A stretch of 64,000 nucleotides of DNA from Auanema rhodensis (lineage: Eukaryota; Animalia; Nematoda). This document shows, in pieces, positions 57,201 through 64,000 of this stretch; positions within the stretch are counted from its first letter, which is position 1; each line of letters opens with the position of its first letter. The notes beneath the pieces were generated by a model, which saw only the letters and a program-made list of their open reading frames with translations, made no database searches and was not told where the DNA came from. The stretch is taken from NCBI GenBank assembly GCA_964057225.1, contig OZ059896.1, positions 19,592,001-19,656,000 on the forward strand. Reading direction: 5' to 3'. A program made the translations under genes and the position numbers.

Positions 57201-60021
57201 CGATGGACAATGTTATTCAACGAAAAAATTAATTCTTCAGGGTGAAAATCGAGGATATAAGTGTAAACTTATATCAGTTGATATCTCGGTGCACTTTTAA
57301 GCTAGCGCAAATCTGATAACACAGATCGACGCAGCTTAAAAATCCGCATCGAATGCACTACACTACATTGAGAAACGCTTAATACAAAAATTAGTTATGA
57401 TCGTTTGAAAAATGATGCATTAGTGTATGTTGAGTTTCCATGTACACTCAACATTGCTTCCAAAAACATTTTGACAAAAATTTTTTCGAAAAATTTCAAA
57501 ATAATTTAGCAAAAAGTAGATGTTTTTAGATTCCTTTTTTCAAGGCAAAGACGATGGACAATGTTATTCAACGAAAAAATTAATTCTTCAGGGTGAAAAT
57601 CGAGGATATAAGTGTGAACTTATATCAGTTGATATCTCGGTGCATTTTTAAGCTAGCGCAAATCTGATAACACAGATCGACGCAGCTTAAAAATCCGCAT
57701 CGAATGCACTATACTACATTGAGAAACGCTTAATACAAAAATTAGTTATGATCGTTTGAAAAATGATGCATTAGTGTATGTTGAGTTTCCATGTACACTC
57801 AACATTGCTTCCAAAAACATTTTGACAAAAATTTTTTCGAAAAATTTCAAAATAATTCAGCAAAAAGTAGATGTTTTTAGATTCCTTTTTTCAAGGCAAA
57901 GACGATGGACATTGTTATTCAACGAAAAAATTAATTCTTCAGGGTGAAAATCGAGGATATAAGTGTGAACTTATATCAGTTGATATCTCGGTGCATTTTT
58001 AAGCTAGCGCAAATCTGATAACACAGATCGACGCAGCTTAAAAATCCGCATCGAATGCACTATACTACATTGAGAAACGCTTAATACAAAAATTAGTTAT
58101 GATTGTTTGAAAAATGATGCATTAGTGTATGTTGAGTTTCCGTGTACACTCAACATTGCTTCCAAAAACATTTTGACAGAAATTTTTTCGAAAAATTTCA
58201 AAATAATTTAGCAAAAAGTAGATGTTTTTAGATTCCTTTTTTCAAGGCAAAGACGATGGACAATGTTATTCAACGAAAAAATTAATTCTTCAGGGTGAAA
58301 ATCGAGGATATAAGTGTAAACTTATATCAGTTGATATCTCGGTGCACTTTTAAGCTAGCGCAAATCTGATAACACAGATCGACGCAGCTTGAAAATCCGC
58401 ATCGAATGCACTATACTACATTGAGAAACGCTTAATACAAAAATTAGTTATGATCGTTTGAAAAATGATGCATTAGTGTATGTTGAGTTTCCATGTACAC
58501 TCAACATTGCTTCCAAAAACATTTTGACAAAAATTTTTTCGAAAAATTTTAAAATAATTTAGCAAAAAGTAGATGTTTTTAGATTCCTTTTTTCAAGGCA
58601 AAGACGATGGACAATGTTATTCAACGAAAAAATTAATTCTTCAGGGTGAAAATCGAGGATATAAGTGTAAACTTATATCAGTTGATATCTCGGTGCACTT
58701 TTAAGCTAGCGCAAATCTGATAACACAGATCGACGCAGCTTAAAAATCCGCATCGAATGCACTATACTACATTGAGAAACGCTTAATACAAAAATTAGTT
58801 ATGATCGTTTGAAAAATGATGCATTAGTGTATGTTGAGTTTCCATGTACACTCAACATTGCTTCCCAAAACATTTTGACAAAAATTTTTTCGAAAAATTT
58901 CAAAATAATTCAGCAAAAAGTAGATGTTTTTAGATTCCTTTTTTCAAGGCAAAGACGATGGACAATGTTATTCAACGAAAAAATTAATTCTTCAGGGTGA
59001 AAATCGAGGATATAAGTGTGAACATATATCAGTTGATATCTCGGTGCATTTTTAAGCTAGCGCAAATCTGATAACACAGATCGACGCAGCTTAAAAATCC
59101 GCATCGAATGCACTATACTACATTGAGAAACGCTTAATACAAAAATTAGTTATGATCGTTTGAAAAATGATGCATTAGTGTATGTTGAGTTTCCGTGTAC
59201 ACTCAACATTGCTTCCAAAAACATTTTGACAAAAATTTTTTCGAAAAATTTCAAAATAATTTAGCAAAAAGTAGATGTTTTTAGATTCCTTTTTTCAAGG
59301 CAAAGACGATGGACAATGTTATTCAACGAAAAAATTAATTCTTCAGGGTGAAAATCGAGGATATAAGTGTGAACTTATATCAGTTGATATCTCGGTGCAT
59401 TTTTAAGCTAGCGCAAATCTGATAACACAGATCGACGCAGCTTAAAAATCCGCATCGAATGCACTATACTACATTGAGAAACGCTTAATACAAAAATTAG
59501 TTATGATCGTTTGAAAAATGATGCATTAGTGTATGTTGAGTTTCCATGTACACTCAACATTGCTTCCAAAAACATTTTGACAAAACTTTTTTCGAAAATT
59601 TTCAGAATAATTTAGCAAAAAGTAGATGTTTTTAGATTCCTTTTTTCAAGGCAAAGACGATGGACAATGTTATTCAACGAAAAAATTAATTCTTCAGGGT
59701 GAAAATCGAGGATATAAGTGTAAACTTATATCAGTTGATATCTCGGTGCACTTTTAAGCTAGCGCAAATCTGATAACACAGATCGACGCAGCTTAAAAAT
59801 CCGCATCGAATGCACTATACTACATTGAGAAACGCTTAATACAAAAATTAGTTATGATCGTTTGAAAAATGATGCATTAGTGTATGTTGAGTTTCCATGT
59901 ACACTCAACATTGCTTCCAAAAACATTTTGACAAAAATTTTTTCGAAAAATTTCAAAATAATTTAGCAAAAAGTAGATGTTTTTAGATTCCTTTTTTCAA
60001 GGCAAAGACGATGGACAATGT
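51247..60021 (+). repeat. 9-mer higher-order repeat (3159 bp): two full copies (51247-54405, 54406-57564) plus 7/9 of a third
   Basis: Marker order A-I repeats. The ORF track confirms it: 51438/54597/57756 and 52491/55650/58809 are each spaced by 3159 bp. Confidence 0.93.
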
Positions 60022-62478
60022 TATTCAACGAAAAAATTAATTCTTCAGGGTGAAAATCGAGGATATAAGTGTGAACTTATATCAGTTGATATCTCGGTGC
60101 ATTTTTAAGCTAGCGCAAATCTGATAACACAGATCGACGCAGCTTAAAAATCCGCATCGAATGCACTATACTACATTGAGAAACGCTTAATACAAAAATT
60201 AGTTATGATCGTTTGAAAAATGATGCATTAGTGTATGTTGAGTTTCCATGTACACTCAACATTGCTTCCAAAAACATTTTGACAAAAATTTTTTCGAAAA
60301 ATTTCAAAATAATTTAGCAGAAAGTAGATGTTTTTAGATTCCTTTTTTCAAGGCAAAGACGATGGACAATGTTATTCAACGAAAAAATTAATTCTTCAGG
60401 GTGAAAATCGAGGATATAAGTGTAAACTTATATCAGTTGATATCTCGGTGCACTTTTAAGCTAGCGCAAATCTGATAACACAGATCGACGCAGCTTAAAA
60501 ATCCGCATCGAATGCACTACACTACATTGAGAAACGCTTAATACAAAAATTAGTTATGATCGTTTGAAAAATGATGCATTAGTGTATGTTGAGTTTCCAT
60601 GTACACTCAACATTGCTTCCAAAAACATTTTGACAAAACTTTTTTCGAAAATTTTCAGAATAATTTAGCAAAAAGTAGATGTTTTTAGATTCCTTTTTTC
60701 AAGGCAAAGACGATGGACAATGTTATTCAACGAAAAAATTAATTCTTCAGGGTGAAAATCGAGGATATAAGTGTAAACTTATATCAGTTGATATCTCGGT
60801 GCACTTTTAAGCTAGCGCAAATCTGATAACACAGATCGACGCAGCTTAAAAATCCGCATCGAATGCACTATACTACATTGAGAAACGCTTAATACAAAAA
60901 TTAGTTATGATCGTTTGAAAAATGATGCATTAGTGTATGTTGAGTTTCCATGTACACTCAACATTGCTTCCAAAAACATTTTGACAAAAATTTTTTCGAA
61001 AAATTTCAAAATAATTTAGCAAAAAGTAGATGTTTTTAGATTCCTTTTTTCAAGGCAAAGACGATGGACAATGTTATTCAACGAAAAAATTAATTCTTCA
61101 GGGTGAAAATCGAGGATATAAGTGTGAACTTATATCAGTTGATATCTCGGTGCATTTTTAAGCTAGCGCAAATCTGATAACACAGATCGACGCAGCTTAA
61201 AAATCCGCATCGAATGCACTATACTACATTGAGAAACGCTTAATACAAAAATTAGTTATGATCGTTTGAAAAATGATGCATTAGTGTATGTTGAGTTTCC
61301 ATGTACACTCAACATTGCTTCCAAAAACATTTTGACAAAAATTTTTTCGAAAAATTTCAAAATAATTTAGCAAAAAGTAGATGTTTTTAGATTCCTTTTT
61401 TCAAGGCAAAGACGATGGACAATGTTATTCAACGAAAAAATTAATTCTTCAGGGTGAAAATCGAGGATATAAGTGTGAACTTATATCAGTTGATATCTCG
61501 GTGCATTTTTAAGCTAGCGCAAATCTGATAACACAGATCGACGCAGCTTAAAAATCCGCATCGAATGCACTATACTACATTGAGAAACGCTTAATACAAA
61601 AATTAGTTATGATCGTTTGAAAAATGATGCATTAGTGTATGTTGAGTTTCCATGTACACTCAACATTGCTTCCAAAAACATTTTGACAAAAATTTTTTCG
61701 AAAAATTTCAAAATAATTTAGCAGAAAGTAGATGTTTTTAGATTCCTTTTTTCAAGGCAAAGACGATGGACAATGTTATTCAACGAAAAAATTAATTCTT
61801 CAGGGTGAAAATCGAGGATATAAGTGTAAACTTATATCAGTTGATATCTCGGTGCACTTTTAAGCTAGCGCAAATCTGATAACACAGATCGACGCAGCTT
61901 AAAAATCCGCATCGAATGCACTACACTACATTGAGAAACGCTTAATACAAAAATTAGTTATGATCGTTTGAAAAATGATGCATTAGTGTATGTTGAGTTT
62001 CCATGTACACTCAACATTGCTTCCAAAAACATTTTGACAAAACTTTTTTCGAAAATTTTCAGAATAATTTAGCAAAAAGTAGATGTTTTTAGATTCCTTT
62101 TTTCAAGGCAAAGACGATGGACAATGTTATTCAACGAAAAAATTAATTCTTCAGGGTGAAAATCGAGGATATAAGTGTAAACTTATATCAGTTGATATCT
62201 CGGTGCACTTTTAAGCTAGCGCAAATCTGATAACACAGATCGACGCAGCTTAAAAATCCGCATCGAATGCACTATACTACATTGAGAAACGCTTAATACA
62301 AAAATTAGTTATGATCGTTTGAAAAATGATGCATTAGTGTATGTTGAGTTTCCATGTACACTCAACATTGCTTCCAAAAACATTTTGACAAAAATTTTTT
62401 CGAAAAATTTCAAAATAATTTAGCAAAAAGTAGATGTTTTTAGATTCCTTTTTTCAAGGCAAAGACGATGGACAATGT
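60022..62478 (+). repeat. Local 4-mer duplication (1404-bp period) interrupting the 9-mer HOR
   Basis: The private variant AGCAGAAAG occurs only in units 171 and 175, each followed by the same I/F chimeric monomer (172, 176) and a G-type monomer. Confidence 0.85.
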
Positions 62479-64000
62479 TATTCAACGAAAAAATTAATTC
62501 TTCAGGGTGAAAATCGAGGATATAAGTGTGAACTTATATCAGTTGATATCTCGGTGCATTTTTAAGCTAGCGCAAATCTGATAACACAGATCGACGCAGC
62601 TTAAAAATCCGCATCGAATGCACTATACTACATTGAGAAACGATTAATACAAAAATTAGTTATGATCGTTTGAAAAATGATGCATTAGTGTATGTTGAGT
62701 TTCCGTGTACACTCAACATTGCTTCCAAAAACAATTTGACAAAAATTTTTTCGAAAAATTTCAAAATAATTTAGCAAAAAGTAGATGTTTTTAGATTTCT
62801 TTTTTCAAGGCAAAGGCGATGGACAATGTTATTCAACGAAAAAATTAATTCTTCAGGGTGAAAATCGAGGATATAAGTGTAAACTTATATCAGTTGATAT
62901 CTCGGTGCACTTTTAAGCTAGCGCAAATCTGATAACACAGATCGACGCAGCTTAAAAATCCGCATCGAATGCACTACACTACATTGAGAAACGCTTAATA
63001 CAAAAATTAGTTATGATCGTTTGAAAAATGATGCATTAGTGTATGTTGAGTTTCCATGTACACTCAACATTGCTTCCAAAAACATTTTGACAAAAATTTT
63101 TTCGAAAAATTTCAAAATAATTTAGCAAAAAGTAGATGTTTTTAGATTCCTTTTTTCAAGGCAAAGACGATGGACAATGTTATTCAACGAAAAAATTAAT
63201 TCTTCAGGGTGAAAATCGAGGATATAAGTGTGAACTTATATCAGTTGATATCTCGGTGCATTTTTAAGCTAGCGCAAATCTGATAACACAGATCGACGCA
63301 GCTTAAAAATCCGCATCGAATGCACTATACTACATTGAGAAACGCTTAATACAAAAATTAGTTATGATCGTTTGAAAAATGATGCATTAGTGTATGTTGA
63401 GTTTCCATGTACACTCAACATTGCTTCCAAAAACATTTTGACAAAAATTTTTTCGAAAAATTTCAAAATAATTCAGCAAAAAGTAGATGTTTTTAGATTC
63501 CTTTTTTCAAGGCAAAGACGATGGACATTGTTATTCAACGAAAAAATTAATTCTTCAGGGTGAAAATCGAGGATATAAGTGTGAACTTATATCAGTTGAT
63601 ATCTCGGTGCATTTTTAAGCTAGCGCAAATCTGATAACACAGATCGACGCAGCTTAAAAATCCGCATCGAATGCACTATACTACATTGAGAAACGCTTAA
63701 TACAAAAATTAGTTATGATTGTTTGAAAAATGATGCATTAGTGTATGTTGAGTTTCCGTGTACACTCAACATTGCTTCCAAAAACATTTTGACAAAAATT
63801 TTTTCGAAAAATTTCAAAATAATTTAGCAAAAAGTAGATGTTTTTAGATTCCTTTTTTCAAGGCAAAGACGATGGACAATGTTATTCAACGAAAAAATTA
63901 ATTCTTCAGGGTGAAAATCGAGGATATAAGTGTAAACTTATATCAGTTGATATCTCGGTGCACTTTTAAGCTAGCGCAAATCTGATAACACAGATCGACG

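Larger units (their letters stand above)
1..64000. repeat. Tandem satellite DNA array, 351-bp monomer, ~182.3 copies, extending beyond both window edges
   Basis: TATTCAAC recurs at 1, 352, 703 and so on, and exactly at every 20th copy (7021, 14041, 21061, 28081, 35101, 42121, 49141, 56161, 63181 = 351n+1). All copies are in the same orientation and about 98-100% identical to consensus by eye. Confidence 0.99.

Noticed and set aside
17391-63563. Thirteen 63-aa ORFs (MKNDALVY...)
   Set aside because: All start at monomer position 192 on TTG, not ATG. They exist only where T294C turns TAG into CAG, and about 170 other copies keep the stop. The K/F/I/N-rich composition reflects A/T tracts, and no domain is recognisable. 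They are useful only as HOR markers.
1-64000. Giant repetitive protein gene (351 bp = 117 codons)
   Set aside because: The ORF track shows no frame open across even one monomer on either strand.
1-64000. CRISPR array or SNP-encoded information store
   Set aside because: There are no unique spacers; the whole unit repeats. The variant pattern is explained by nested duplications and conversion.
1-64000. Rolling-circle or MDA concatemer artefact, or sequencing noise
   Set aside because: Variants recur as ordered, linked haplotypes in regional subfamilies, with no indels or strand switches. This is unlike random error or a single-template concatemer.

Overview
The whole 64,000-bp window is one uninterrupted head-to-tail tandem array of a 351-bp AT-rich monomer (about 31% GC by hand count; 182 full copies plus a 118-bp partial copy). 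It is best read as eukaryotic satellite DNA, possibly (peri)centromeric. I cannot name the family or species. Monomer n (0-based) starts at 351n+1, and this register holds from base 1 to the end. I saw only substitutions (usually 0-6 per copy) and no indels, insertions or inversions. No protein-coding gene, RNA gene, CRISPR array or transposon is supported. The 13 'ORFs' are one satellite segment in which a single T>C variant removes a stop codon. Two kinds of structure stand out. (1) Each monomer is a chain of four inverted repeats, including a ~26-bp interrupted hairpin and a 9-bp stem whose commonest polymorphism toggles between two GNRA loops. (2) The SNP pattern shows nascent higher-order repeats (2-, 3-, 4-, 7-, 9- and 18-mer periods), regional subfamilies and chimeric monomers. 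I found no direct evidence of a new biological system; the structured-monomer hypothesis is the best lead. Variant names such as T81C use monomer coordinates (window position = 351n + position).
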